Made by a program: the position numbers and the translations under genes. A stretch of 64,000 nt of DNA from a virus (lineage: Duplodnaviria; Caudoviricetes): positions 22,276 to 86,275 of IMG/VR virus record IMGVR_UViG_3300032226_000905. One strand, given 5' to 3'. Shown one piece after another: positions 48,437 to 58,305 of the stretch. How positions within the stretch are numbered: the stretch's first letter is position 1; the number at the start of each line of letters is the position of its first letter. The notes below the pieces were generated by a model that was not told where the DNA came from, ran no database searches, and saw only the letters and a program-made list of their open reading frames with translations.

Positions 48437-49659
48437 ATCAGATTTTTCTTAAATTTTCCAAGATAATAAAGTTTACTGTAACAAGGTCGATACTCCCAAT
48501 TTTCTTTGTTAATTTCAACTCCGGGCAATCTCGCAGGTTCAGTGATTTTTAAAAAATCTTGATTAACATTGTTATACAAAAAGTCCATGCCGCGCCTAAA
48601 TGTTTTGTAGCCATTAGTATTGATAAAGTCTGTCATCCAATAATCCCATTCTTGAAAAGTCGCCTTTTCTGGTTTGTTACATTGAAACGTGCTTAGATCG
48701 TAATCAGGGTAAATTATTGCTTTGATGCATGCCTCATATGCTGTACGATTAAGATTATTCGTCTGCCACCAAAAATTTAACATATAAGATAATCTTTGAT
48801 TATCTTTCAGTTCGAACCATCTTTTGATTTCGTGGCATTGTTTGATTATGAGCTGCGGCAGATCAGGACTCCAAAAAAATAGTTCTACATCTATATTATC
48901 GAATCCGTTATTGACTGTGGCATGAAGAGCGGAATGCACCGGTCTATCTACAAAAATTAAATTTACATCTTCTTTTTGAAATGTTACTCTAGGTTTATCG
49001 GTACCAAAAATTATTCCAACCTTTTTACCTTTATCAAAATTTCTCAGCGTCTCTATATTGGTTGAATCGGAGTATCTTACTATGCAGCCAGGAGTAACGT
49101 AATCACCGACCCAGTATATAAAGTTTTCATCCCAATAAATATTTTTATCAATTATATCTTTACTAAAGTCATGTAATGTTATTTTTGTTTTTGGACTTAC
49201 GCTCGCTAGCCAATTTAAGATAGGTTTGGCCGCATATTCAAATTCGCTGTATTCGTTAGCTGCGTTAAAATTTAGTTTATTAGGTTTCCATTTATTTGTT
49301 CCTGCTCCCGGATATCTTACGATTACTTCGTCTAAGAAAAGACCTTGCTGTATAAAACTATAAAGAACAGTATTGCTATCTGAACCGCCGCTGAGATTTA
49401 ATATAAGATAGTCATATTTTTCTCTAAGCTGTTTGGCCCGAATATGATAATAACTTTTTACAGTTCCTGGAGGTTCGACGGTCCAATCATATTTCGAAAA
49501 CGCATCATCGTTGAAATTCCATTTTAAATCTTTATATCCTAGATTCAATTTGGAAGCCTCTAATAAAGCCGATGCCTTATTCCAGAATATTTGTCCATTT
49601 ATTTCATACCATCCCAAAGAGGGATTCTTAGACATGGTGGTGTGGTCGAGTTTAATCAT
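48433..49659 (-). CDS. PP-loop ATP pyrophosphatase, type A2
   Basis: RAKQLREKYDYLILNLSGGSDS, FGTDKP, FFWSPD; TATAAATA at 49674-49681. Confidence 0.75.
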   Translation of the reverse strand: MIKLDHTTMSKNPSLGWYEINGQIFWNKASALLEASKLNLGYKDLKWNFNDDAFSKYDWTVEPPGTVKSYYHIRAKQLREKYDYLILNLSGGSDSNTVLYSFIQQGLFLDEVIVRYPGAGTNKWKPNKLNFNAANEYSEFEYAAKPILNWLASVSPKTKITLHDFSKDIIDKNIYWDENFIYWVGDYVTPGCIVRYSDSTNIETLRNFDKGKKVGIIFGTDKPRVTFQKEDVNLIFVDRPVHSALHATVNNGFDNIDVELFFWSPDLPQLIIKQCHEIKRWFELKDNQRLSYMLNFWWQTNNLNRTAYEACIKAIIYPDYDLSTFQCNKPEKATFQEWDYWMTDFINTNGYKTFRRGMDFLYNNVNQDFLKITEPARLPGVEINKENWEYRPCYSKLYYLGKFKKNLI

Positions 49660-49697
49660 AATTTTTTACAATGTATTTATATATTGATAATTACAGT

Positions 49698-50099
49698 ATG
49701 AATAAAATCATCGTTGAAAAGAGTAATGTATCAAGTAGAATGACTGTGTTTCGTTTAGGCACTGAAGTCCTAACGGTAATCGATAATGAAGAAATTCCAG
49801 TTTGGTGCGTATCACAAACTTATTCTAGATTCACTACCAATTTTAAAGAATTGTTTCAGTACGCTGTTTCTCATCAAGAAGAAAAAAAATTATATCAATT
49901 TTTTATTGTGTCCAATGATCTCGATACAAAGTTAGATTTTATCTCAGAAAAATATAATTGTTATTTAGAACATCAAGTTAAAAAAAATTCTCTGACCGGT
50001 TACGAAAACATTGATCATGATGTATTAGAATATACTACAACATCAAATGATAGATTTATACATCTTTGGGTACTAAAGAATGAATATCGAACTATCTAA
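49698..50099 (+). CDS. Hypothetical protein
   Basis: 133 aa, coupled to a PP-loop gene. Confidence 0.5.
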   Translation: MNKIIVEKSNVSSRMTVFRLGTEVLTVIDNEEIPVWCVSQTYSRFTTNFKELFQYAVSHQEEKKLYQFFIVSNDLDTKLDFISEKYNCYLEHQVKKNSLTGYENIDHDVLEYTTTSNDRFIHLWVLKNEYRTI

Positions 50100-51012
50100 G
50101 AATAATCACATGGTATGGGGATATAATGATATCCCCTGGTCTAATAGAAAAAATTTATACGATCATTTTTTTATAAAATACGGCAAAATTAAATCTGTTC
50201 CGAAAAATTTCAGAGAAGCTTGTATAAACACAGCTAAAGAAATAGCAGAACGTGCCAAAAATCTTAATAAGAAGCCGTTAATTTATTATTCGGGAGGAAT
50301 AGACAGTGAATCTATTATTGCAGCATTTATTGAAGCAGGATTAGATTTTTCTATCGCACATATTAAATATAGTCCTAGATTTAATCAACACGAGTATTTC
50401 TATGTTAAAAAATTTATTAAAAAGTATGATTTAAACCTTTTGGAGTTTGATGTAAATCCTATAGAATTTCTCTCAACTGAAAAACTTTTTTCCAAAGCAG
50501 TTAGAGATAACGCAAGACTTATCGAAACTCATCTGCTGACCAGTATCACTGAAAAAGTAAAAAATGATTTTTTTCCTATTTTAGATCATCCAGGAACTAT
50601 GCTATATAGAAAAAATCCTAACTTGAATGAAAAAAGTGAATGGGCTTGGAAAGATTTCGAACATCTAATGTTTTTTTACAATCATTGCATAAATGAAAAT
50701 ATGGAGGCATGTCCTAGTTTTTATCATTGGAGTCCTGAGATTATGTTAGCATTCTTATTAGATCCTATTACAGTAGATTTGGTTACCAATAAGACTTATG
50801 GAAAAATAACTAACAGGACTTCGACCTTGTTGATGTATAACAATGCTTTTCCAGAATATCAATTTGAAGAACGCCCCAAATACGGAGGGTTCGAATACAT
50901 TCCGAAAACATTAATAAACGATTTAAATAGAAAATTAAATGCACACACACATTATGATAGGCATAGTGGTCAGGCCTATGATTATAATGAATTAGTGAAG
51001 ATGTTATCATGA
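50080..51012 (+). CDS. PP-loop ATP pyrophosphatase, type B1
   Basis: FREACI, YYSGGIDSE, FYHWSPEIMLA. Confidence 0.75.
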   Translation: MNIELSKNNHMVWGYNDIPWSNRKNLYDHFFIKYGKIKSVPKNFREACINTAKEIAERAKNLNKKPLIYYSGGIDSESIIAAFIEAGLDFSIAHIKYSPRFNQHEYFYVKKFIKKYDLNLLEFDVNPIEFLSTEKLFSKAVRDNARLIETHLLTSITEKVKNDFFPILDHPGTMLYRKNPNLNEKSEWAWKDFEHLMFFYNHCINENMEACPSFYHWSPEIMLAFLLDPITVDLVTNKTYGKITNRTSTLLMYNNAFPEYQFEERPKYGGFEYIPKTLINDLNRKLNAHTHYDRHSGQAYDYNELVKMLS

Positions 51013-51572
51013 TACGACAGATTCTTTTATCCGATTTAGAATCTTTACAAGAATTTTTTGAATCGGCCACTACTAGTATGGACCATCGACCCGATACTTT
51101 CTCTATGGTACCTTATTATCTGTCTACAGATGAATATTATAGAGGGTTTGCGAAATTTGACGATACTGGAAAAATACTCAGTGCCTGTTTTATGAGAGAA
51201 CTAGTAGAACAAAAAGTACAGGTATTGGATTTTATTGTTGCGAGAAAGGATGTTTCTATCTTTAGAAATCTCGTAGGAGAAGTTGTAGACTATGCTATCT
51301 GTTTTGGGGAAAAGAAAGGAATATATAGATTTTATACATTTCTTACCAATGACATGTTAAACACAGTCGATGTACTCAAAAAGAAAAATCTAGTATTCAC
51401 ATGGAGAGAGCGATACGATACTTATGTGGATGAAATTATAGAACCACAATGTTTTTCTCGTTACTATCTACACTGGGTCTATCTTATGAATACCACGGTT
51501 AGAAAGCATAGAAAGATTGTTCGTCATCATCACCTAAAGCCAGACCACTACGATAGAACTACAGAATCTTGA
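51009..51572 (+). CDS. Possible GNAT-fold protein
   Basis: MIRQILLSDL start and beta/helix pattern; weak. Confidence 0.4.
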   Translation: MIRQILLSDLESLQEFFESATTSMDHRPDTFSMVPYYLSTDEYYRGFAKFDDTGKILSACFMRELVEQKVQVLDFIVARKDVSIFRNLVGEVVDYAICFGEKKGIYRFYTFLTNDMLNTVDVLKKKNLVFTWRERYDTYVDEIIEPQCFSRYYLHWVYLMNTTVRKHRKIVRHHHLKPDHYDRTTES

Positions 51573-52270
51573 TTTACAAAAGGCAAAAATTTTTGGTAAT
51601 CTATTTTGCCAAACACTCGAATAGTGATCCTAATGCCATCAACCATGCCTACACCGTGCCAGGCACTGTCATTAAACAACATAGCATTTCCTGAAACTTT
51701 GTGTATTTCGCCAGTGTCGAATGAATGTATTTTCATAGGAACTCTGCCAGTATCAGGAATAATACTTAGACCAAAACAGGCATCGTAGTCCTTGCTCAAC
51801 CTGTCCTCGCCCCATCCGTAATCTCTATGAGTGGCGAAGAATGTATTTTCAGTAATGAATACACGTATGCAGCCAATGTGTTCGTATGGAAGGCTTTCTA
51901 GGCAAAATCTTAGATAAGGAGTTTTTTCTATAATTTCTTCTCGCCACCGCCATCCTTGAACATCTAATTTTTTTGTGATATCAAACCTATTGACATTTTT
52001 TTTATTATCTATATGATATCTCATATAAAAAATATATTGTCCTCTTAAATCCTTGCTGATGTGCTGATGTTGTTTGGTTTGATAATCTACCCGATCATAA
52101 AGATCTAATGACTCTGAAGCAAATATCTGTCCTTGTTTTGCGGCCTGCACATTGAAATCATATGGCGGAGAATGGTTCCAGAACTTTTTTGTAGCTAGTA
52201 TTTCTTCTTTGATTTTGTTATAATCAAAGTCTAGATCTAAACTAGCAGCAAGAATATTTTTAATGTCCAT
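51548..52270 (-). CDS. 2OG-Fe(II) oxygenase-like protein
   Basis: IRVF...FATHRD, LFNDSAWHGV, RITIRV. Confidence 0.72.
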   Translation of the reverse strand: MDIKNILAASLDLDFDYNKIKEEILATKKFWNHSPPYDFNVQAAKQGQIFASESLDLYDRVDYQTKQHQHISKDLRGQYIFYMRYHIDNKKNVNRFDITKKLDVQGWRWREEIIEKTPYLRFCLESLPYEHIGCIRVFITENTFFATHRDYGWGEDRLSKDYDACFGLSIIPDTGRVPMKIHSFDTGEIHKVSGNAMLFNDSAWHGVGMVDGIRITIRVFGKIDYQKFLPFVNQDSVVLS

Positions 52271-52327
52271 CAATTATTTAATTTATCAGCGATCAACCCG
52301 TTGATAAATATCCTAAACAATATCATT

Positions 52328-53131
52328 ATGAACACTCGACATCTTCTTGATTTTTTTAATGCTAAAAATCTAAATCTGCTACAATATGCTACTATAACAG
52401 CATTTGTTGTAGCAGCCATCTCTTTTTTCTATATTAAATTCAGTTGGTCAATGTTGGGACTAACTGTGCTGATGTATTATCTGATATTTGGGTTTGGAGT
52501 TAGCGCCACTCTGCATCGAGCCATTACGCATAGATCTATAGTGTTTCATCCTTGGATAGAAACATTTGGAAAGTTCATAGCGATGATGGGGGGTACAGGA
52601 TCAGTAATTAGCTGGGTGATGACCCATAGAGCCCATCATAAGTATTCAGATACAGATCTAGATCCGCATCCTCCTTGGAAGATATCTAAGACACTAATTG
52701 GTCAATATCCTAAAGTGGATACTCGCGGCATGCGAAGATATGCAGACAGTTCTTTTAATAGATTTACTCATAGATATTATTTCCTAGTTTTATCTCTATA
52801 TGCTATAGCATGGAGTTTACTAGGAATAGAGTTTTTCTTCTACGGGTTTCTTTATCCTGCATTGTTGACCATCATTGCCAGTAACGTAGTCAACAAGTAT
52901 TCTCACTCCGATCTAATCTTTAACTATCGTAGACATGATACCAAAGATACTAGCCAGAACAGCCCTATAGTGGGACTGATGACCTGGGGCGAAGGTTGGC
53001 ATAACACACATCATCGTTATCCGGGTCGTGCTAGATTTGCCATGTCTTCTTGGGAAATTGATCTAAGTTTCTATCTAGTAATACTATTAGAGAAACTAGG
53101 ACTAGCCAAGATCAAGCCTCATAATCCCTAA
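52328..53131 (+). CDS. Delta-9-type fatty acid desaturase
   Basis: HRAITH, WVMTHRAHHKYSDTDLDPH, GEGWHNTHH; TM helices. Confidence 0.92.
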   Translation: MNTRHLLDFFNAKNLNLLQYATITAFVVAAISFFYIKFSWSMLGLTVLMYYLIFGFGVSATLHRAITHRSIVFHPWIETFGKFIAMMGGTGSVISWVMTHRAHHKYSDTDLDPHPPWKISKTLIGQYPKVDTRGMRRYADSSFNRFTHRYYFLVLSLYAIAWSLLGIEFFFYGFLYPALLTIIASNVVNKYSHSDLIFNYRRHDTKDTSQNSPIVGLMTWGEGWHNTHHRYPGRARFAMSSWEIDLSFYLVILLEKLGLAKIKPHNP

Positions 53132-53810
53132 TCACTGCATATTCTTTGTAAATCTTCGCGCTGCGTTCGACGAGATCTCTGTGCCTATCTAAATCTAAAT
53201 CTCCCATTACATACAACAGTAATTTTTGATTTGCATCAGCTTCATCATTTCCGTGGGCACAGCTATAACTACCCATAACCCAGCCGGGGCTAGATTCAGG
53301 TAAGGTGCAGTAGATTTTTCCTAGGGTATTTGTATAAACATAAAAACTGTCTTTGTGCAGAGCTCCATCTAATAACAGTCTATAAAAACAGGGGTCATTA
53401 TCTCTGTAATAGTTCTTTTCCTCTTGATCGACATCGGCTCTGAGATCTAGATGCATAGGTACCGATCCGTTAGAACTTATAGCAGTGATATATTTAAATC
53501 TGCGGAATGGCAAGTTGAGTTTGATATAATCGATCAATCTCGGACACAGTGTCTGCGCTTCGCTGGTCCAATGCCAATCAAAATTTTCTATCTGTGCTTC
53601 GTAGGGATTTTCCACGTTGTCGTTAGGAACATGTATGCGGAAACTGTTCCATGCATAGAGATGATGTTTTTTCTGTTCTTCTAATTCTAGTCGCTGTTCT
53701 TCACTGACCTGGGGTACGAAAGTATAGTAATCTTTTATCCGGTCAAGAGTGAGTTCTTTAGGCGGTAACGGTAGGTCCAGCGGAGTCCATAATATGTTAT
53801 TCACCGCCAA
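53112..53810 (-). CDS. 2OG-Fe(II) oxygenase-like protein
   Basis: VPMHLD, YRLLL, CAHG. Confidence 0.6.
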   Translation of the reverse strand: MAVNNILWTPLDLPLPPKELTLDRIKDYYTFVPQVSEEQRLELEEQKKHHLYAWNSFRIHVPNDNVENPYEAQIENFDWHWTSEAQTLCPRLIDYIKLNLPFRRFKYITAISSNGSVPMHLDLRADVDQEEKNYYRDNDPCFYRLLLDGALHKDSFYVYTNTLGKIYCTLPESSPGWVMGSYSCAHGNDEADANQKLLLYVMGDLDLDRHRDLVERSAKIYKEYAVIRDYEA

Positions 53811-54651
53811 TCTCCGGATGAGCTAATCCCTTGAATAATAGATCTATAGGATGTATCTTACCGAAGAATTCATTGACAGTGTAACTGTCATCTTCTTGAT
53901 TATAGTCTAGCCAGGGGCTGAATCCTAGAACAAGATGTATACGTTTCTTCATAGATTTTGCTGTAGCATAGACTCTGTGTGCGATATGCGTGTCTGTAGT
54001 GTAAATATTTCCCACAGGTGTGGTCATAGGCGTCTGCCCTTCGGATTGAAACATAAAAGTTTCATCTCCTACTAGGGGTATATTCAATCTTAGATTTTCA
54101 TAGACAGGTTCGTCCTTATGCCATAGAAATTCTTCACCCACGCGATCATAATAGTCTGCATCTAAGACACCTATTCGTCCTCTTGTAGGAGTAAGTCTGA
54201 ACCCTTTAATAAACTCTCGTAGACTTGAATTTGTCACTGCAGGCGATAGGTGCCGGAATCCATAGGTATCAAAATAGGTATGTTTAATAGAATTAAATCG
54301 AGAAGTATTGGCCCAATAGAACTCTCCGGGTGCATTAGTTTTAGTACCTAAAGTGCTTTGATTAGGATCTGTATTTTCACGGAGATTAGGATTATAGACT
54401 AGGCTCAAACCTCCGTAGGCTCGAGCATCACCTTTTTTAGTTTGCCATCCCTTGACTCCGTTTTGATCTAGACAGTCTTCTGTAATTTGTCGTAGCCTGT
54501 CGATGTTTAATCTATGAGGAATACTGATCCAATTATCTGTGGGTACCGAACATTGTAGATCATGATAGGCTTCTTTGAAATTTATCTGCGAATCGATCCA
54601 TGAAAATATAGTTCGATCTTCGGGACAGTCCTTGACAAAAAATTTATTCAT
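53797..54651 (-). CDS. Asp/Asn beta-hydroxylase-like 2OG-Fe(II) oxygenase
   Basis: WHKDE...RLNIPL, DTHIAHRV, RIHLVLG. Confidence 0.78.
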   Translation of the reverse strand: MNKFFVKDCPEDRTIFSWIDSQINFKEAYHDLQCSVPTDNWISIPHRLNIDRLRQITEDCLDQNGVKGWQTKKGDARAYGGLSLVYNPNLRENTDPNQSTLGTKTNAPGEFYWANTSRFNSIKHTYFDTYGFRHLSPAVTNSSLREFIKGFRLTPTRGRIGVLDADYYDRVGEEFLWHKDEPVYENLRLNIPLVGDETFMFQSEGQTPMTTPVGNIYTTDTHIAHRVYATAKSMKKRIHLVLGFSPWLDYNQEDDSYTVNEFFGKIHPIDLLFKGLAHPEIGGE

Positions 54652-55246
54652 AAGGTTGAAAGAATCCCCTTAGTTGAGCGTTTTTTAAATACTCAGGATT
54701 ATTTATAGCCACAAACTGCCTACAACTGTTCGGGGGATTATCCATACATTCGCAGACATTATATCTTCCGGGCATGATTACAAATTTCTGTTCTGATACT
54801 GTATTTGCTAATCTAATAATTTCTTTAAAACTTTTTAAATAATTGCCCTCTCTGGTAATCATGACTGCTTTAATCTCTGGCATAGTTTTTAAAACTTTGA
54901 GTTGAGATTCTAAAACAATAGGACTAAATTTTATAGAATCAGATCTCCATTTTGTTAGACCCGAAGTTCTATATTTTGGACTGATCCAAAATCTCGTAAG
55001 AGCTCGAACGATGGTTTCTCCCCATCGATCTGCTCGCCTTTCAACGCCTCCGAATGAAATAATTTCTTCATTGTATAAAACAGCGGTAAAATTTAAGAAT
55101 TTTTTTAAATCTATATCGAGATAATTCTCGTAAAGCTCATCTTCTCGGCAGGCTTCTTTGAGGTACTGCATACATTGATTCCATTGATCTTCGTATTCTC
55201 TAGAATGCTTTGTTATATCAATAATTTTTACATCTGATGAGTTCAT
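54644..55246 (-). CDS. GNAT-fold acyltransferase-like protein
   Basis: IISFGGV, RFWISPKYRTSG (motif A-like). Confidence 0.55.
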   Translation of the reverse strand: MNSSDVKIIDITKHSREYEDQWNQCMQYLKEACREDELYENYLDIDLKKFLNFTAVLYNEEIISFGGVERRADRWGETIVRALTRFWISPKYRTSGLTKWRSDSIKFSPIVLESQLKVLKTMPEIKAVMITREGNYLKSFKEIIRLANTVSEQKFVIMPGRYNVCECMDNPPNSCRQFVAINNPEYLKNAQLRGFFQPYE

Positions 55247-55247
55247 A

Positions 55248-55259
55248 TTAAATATTTAA
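55248..55259. promoter_or_regulatory. Palindromic bidirectional late-type box
   Basis: TTAAATATTTAA in the 16-nt gap between divergent genes. Confidence 0.55.
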
Positions 55260-55262
55260 TCT

Positions 55263-56201
55263 ATGTACGACATCACTCAAAATTTCCAAAATCCTTTAGA
55301 TGAAAATTTTTCCTACGGGTACGACGGAAACCTGTATAATTTACGTAGTTCTAACAAATCAGAATTTCAATGTTATTATAAACAAGCCAAATATATTCCT
55401 ATTTCTTTTAAAGAAGAATGCATAAAGGTTTGTGAGAAAATCAGTGATTACGCAGAATCTGTAGGTAGAATACCTATGGTGTTGTTGAGTGGTGGGCTGG
55501 ACAGTGAAGTAGTTGTGAGAAGCTTTATTGAGTCAGGAAGACCTTTTCAAATAGTTTCTAATAGATTTAACAATCAGTTGAACGATCACGAAATTCAATA
55601 TGTAAAAAAGTTTTCAATTAAACACAATTTAAAAATTAAATATATAAACTTAGATATTACAAGTCTTTTGACCAGTGATAGATATTTAAAAATGGCTGAA
55701 ATATCTAGGTGTCCTTATGCAGAAATGTTGCCGACCATGGATCTTATTGATCGAGTTTACTTTGAAATGAACGGTGTTCCTGTTTTAGGCAATGGAGATT
55801 TTTATGCTTCAAAAATTGATAATGCCTGGACGTATATCGAATTTGAATATATTCTAGCATGGATGAGATATATCATTGATAAGAAAATAGCAGCAGCTAT
55901 AAATTTTTTCCAGTATACTCCAGAAATAGTATTATCTATGGCCTTAGATCCAATAGTGCATGATGCAATCATAGGAAATCAATATCCCAATGTTCGTCAG
56001 GCCAAATACGCAGTTTACAGAAAATATTGGAATGATATTGAACTAAGAACAAAATATAACGGAGCAGAATCAATACAATCGCTATGCGACGAAATAAACG
56101 AAAAATATCTTGCAGAAAATAAAATTTATACATCTAAATGGTCCAAACCATTATATCAGTTTCTTAAAAACATGATGCCGAGAGTAAACGAGATAAATTA
56201 A
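55263..56201 (+). CDS. PP-loop ATP pyrophosphatase, type B2
   Basis: FKEECI, LLSGGLDSEVV, FFQYTPEIVLS. Confidence 0.75.
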   Translation: MYDITQNFQNPLDENFSYGYDGNLYNLRSSNKSEFQCYYKQAKYIPISFKEECIKVCEKISDYAESVGRIPMVLLSGGLDSEVVVRSFIESGRPFQIVSNRFNNQLNDHEIQYVKKFSIKHNLKIKYINLDITSLLTSDRYLKMAEISRCPYAEMLPTMDLIDRVYFEMNGVPVLGNGDFYASKIDNAWTYIEFEYILAWMRYIIDKKIAAAINFFQYTPEIVLSMALDPIVHDAIIGNQYPNVRQAKYAVYRKYWNDIELRTKYNGAESIQSLCDEINEKYLAENKIYTSKWSKPLYQFLKNMMPRVNEIN

Positions 56202-56204
56202 AAT

Positions 56205-56909
56205 ATGACAAACACGATCGTACCTCCCGGTGTTAGCGGAAGATCCCAATCATATGATCCTAAAAATGTTAGTAATGAAACCTTGGCCAATGAATTAGTA
56301 TTGGCTAATTTGGGATCCTTTGAACCGTTAAAAATAAAAATCGATATCGGTCAATTTATGCGAGAGATAGAACCTTACAAAAATGCATGGGTGGATTATC
56401 TTCCAAGAACAGATAGACCAAATAATAGAAAATCTTTAGTTTTAACAAATTTAATCGGTAAGAGTCATACAGATAATCCTAGTCTTGCTCAGGCCAGCTA
56501 TGCTGCTAATAGACGCCTAAGCGAAACTGAATTTAGTTATCCTACAGAAGTCTACAATGCCTGTAGTAGTCTTAGAAGTTTTCTTGATATGTGGCAACCT
56601 TTAGGAAGAACTTTTTTAGTAAAATCTGACACTGGCGGTTATTTTGTTCCTCATAGAGATCATCCCACGATGCCGCGCGATGTTTTTAGACTGATTGTTT
56701 TTCTAAATAACTGCGGCCCCTATGACTACGATTGGTGGATGGATGATCGAAAAGCTCAGATAGAACATGGAAGAGTATATTATGTCAACACTAGACTTAC
56801 TCATCGAACTATCAGTTGGGTCAATGATAGTATACATTTAATATTAAATGTTCCCATGACTTCTGAAAATGTTGCTAAAGTGATTGCTAATTTACAACAC
56901 AGTCATTAG
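56205..56909 (+). CDS. Asp/Asn beta-hydroxylase-like 2OG-Fe(II) oxygenase
   Basis: GGYFVPHRD, GRVYYVNT..THRT, SIHLIL. Confidence 0.8.
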   Translation: MTNTIVPPGVSGRSQSYDPKNVSNETLANELVLANLGSFEPLKIKIDIGQFMREIEPYKNAWVDYLPRTDRPNNRKSLVLTNLIGKSHTDNPSLAQASYAANRRLSETEFSYPTEVYNACSSLRSFLDMWQPLGRTFLVKSDTGGYFVPHRDHPTMPRDVFRLIVFLNNCGPYDYDWWMDDRKAQIEHGRVYYVNTRLTHRTISWVNDSIHLILNVPMTSENVAKVIANLQHSH

Positions 56910-56920
56910 TTTTTCCAAAT

Positions 56921-57472
56921 TTATTTTTTAAGGACTACATAAGAGCTAAATTTTTCGTAGCTTCTTTTTAGTAATTCTAAATGTCTCTCTTTGTTTAGCC
57001 ATCCTCGTATATAAATGGTCGTTCTGCTTTCATCTTCTTTGACTCTGTGTATAGCTGAGGTTGAATTTAAAATATATCCGCACGGTACTTTTGGCAGAGC
57101 CGCAACAACATATTCTTTTCCGTTAAATGTTTCTAGACTGTCAATTTCGCCTTTAACGACGAATCTATACCCCGCAGGCTCTGTATCTAATATATGTTCA
57201 TATTCTCCATTAGAAAAATTCATGGCAGCATAAACATCAACATGCGGACCAACTTCTTTTTGCTGTATCTTGTATTGAATATTTGTAATTTTATCAAATG
57301 GTAATTGATTTAATATTTTATCAAAATTATTTTTTTTGATAACTTCGTCGCTGAGTAAAGTTGAATTCCAATATGGATTATATTTAGAAACAACAGGCGT
57401 GCCGATAAACGAATCAAATTCGATATTTTCTATTTCTATGTCTAGAGGACAAAATAAAATTTCATTTAACAT
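56921..57472 (-). CDS. 2OG-Fe(II) oxygenase-like protein
   Basis: VGPHVD, YRFV, NST.AIHRV. Confidence 0.62.
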   Translation of the reverse strand: MLNEILFCPLDIEIENIEFDSFIGTPVVSKYNPYWNSTLLSDEVIKKNNFDKILNQLPFDKITNIQYKIQQKEVGPHVDVYAAMNFSNGEYEHILDTEPAGYRFVVKGEIDSLETFNGKEYVVAALPKVPCGYILNSTSAIHRVKEDESRTTIYIRGWLNKERHLELLKRSYEKFSSYVVLKK

Positions 57473-58266
57473 ATGCAGTCGACATAATCATTTATATTTT
57501 TCAAACTGATTAAACAATTATCTTGATATTTTTCTATACTTCTCTCGATTAGAGACTCATATTTAAACCAATCAATTTTATTTGCCCAATGGAATATAAA
57601 AGTTATTTTTTTGTAATCCGGATTGAATTTACTATAGTGTTGAGTTCTTAAATTACTCCACGCAAAACTGTTAGTACCAAGTTTTGTAGATACTTCTACT
57701 GTTTTTATTTTGTCTTCAACTGATGTATTAGGAAGTACTTCTGATACCCAAAAATTATTGTTGGGATTTTTATCCATCACTATTCTAAATTCTAAAGGAA
57801 GATCCAAAAACAATGATTGATCTCGATGGGCTATTATATCTGTGGTACTAGACCATATTGATAATCCTATAATTTCTTTAAAAGGTAACTGATCATAGAA
57901 CTGTTGCCATAGATCAGGCCATTTATTTTTTATATCTACGATGTTTTTTGACCAAACTGATTTTGACGTATCGTACCAATCGGGTAGAACATCTATAGAA
58001 AGAAAACTGCTTCCTCCAGTATATTCTGTGGCCACATCTTTGTTTTGTTTTATGCTTGGAACAGCATTTTCAAAATACCAATGAAAGAAATTTTCATTGC
58101 TGAAGATAGGAATATCTAATGGAATAAATCCAAAGTTTCCAAATTTTTCTTCTAATCTGAGAATGTGTTTCTTAGTTTCTTCGTCGTAGCGATTTAGGTT
58201 GTTGAATCGCTGTTCAGTAAACCATTTTTTTTCGTCCGAAGCGTAACCGGTGTTAAATCGAGTCAT
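57466..58266 (-). CDS. 2OG-Fe(II) oxygenase-like protein
   Basis: IIAHRD, EFRIV, WSN..TQHYS. Confidence 0.62.
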   Translation of the reverse strand: MTRFNTGYASDEKKWFTEQRFNNLNRYDEETKKHILRLEEKFGNFGFIPLDIPIFSNENFFHWYFENAVPSIKQNKDVATEYTGGSSFLSIDVLPDWYDTSKSVWSKNIVDIKNKWPDLWQQFYDQLPFKEIIGLSIWSSTTDIIAHRDQSLFLDLPLEFRIVMDKNPNNNFWVSEVLPNTSVEDKIKTVEVSTKLGTNSFAWSNLRTQHYSKFNPDYKKITFIFHWANKIDWFKYESLIERSIEKYQDNCLISLKNINDYVDCIC

Positions 58267-58305
58267 ATAAGATATTTAATCTTATATGTCGATGACAAAA
58301 ATATA

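Noticed and set aside
49698-50099. Calling this ORF an acetyltransferase
   Set aside because: No acetyl-CoA-binding motif is recognisable; left as hypothetical.
44756-56201. PP-loop genes as QueC for 7-deazaguanine DNA modification together with queD
   Set aside because: They lack the C-terminal CxxCxxC Zn motif, are much longer than QueC, and no folE, queE or dpdA is present in the window.
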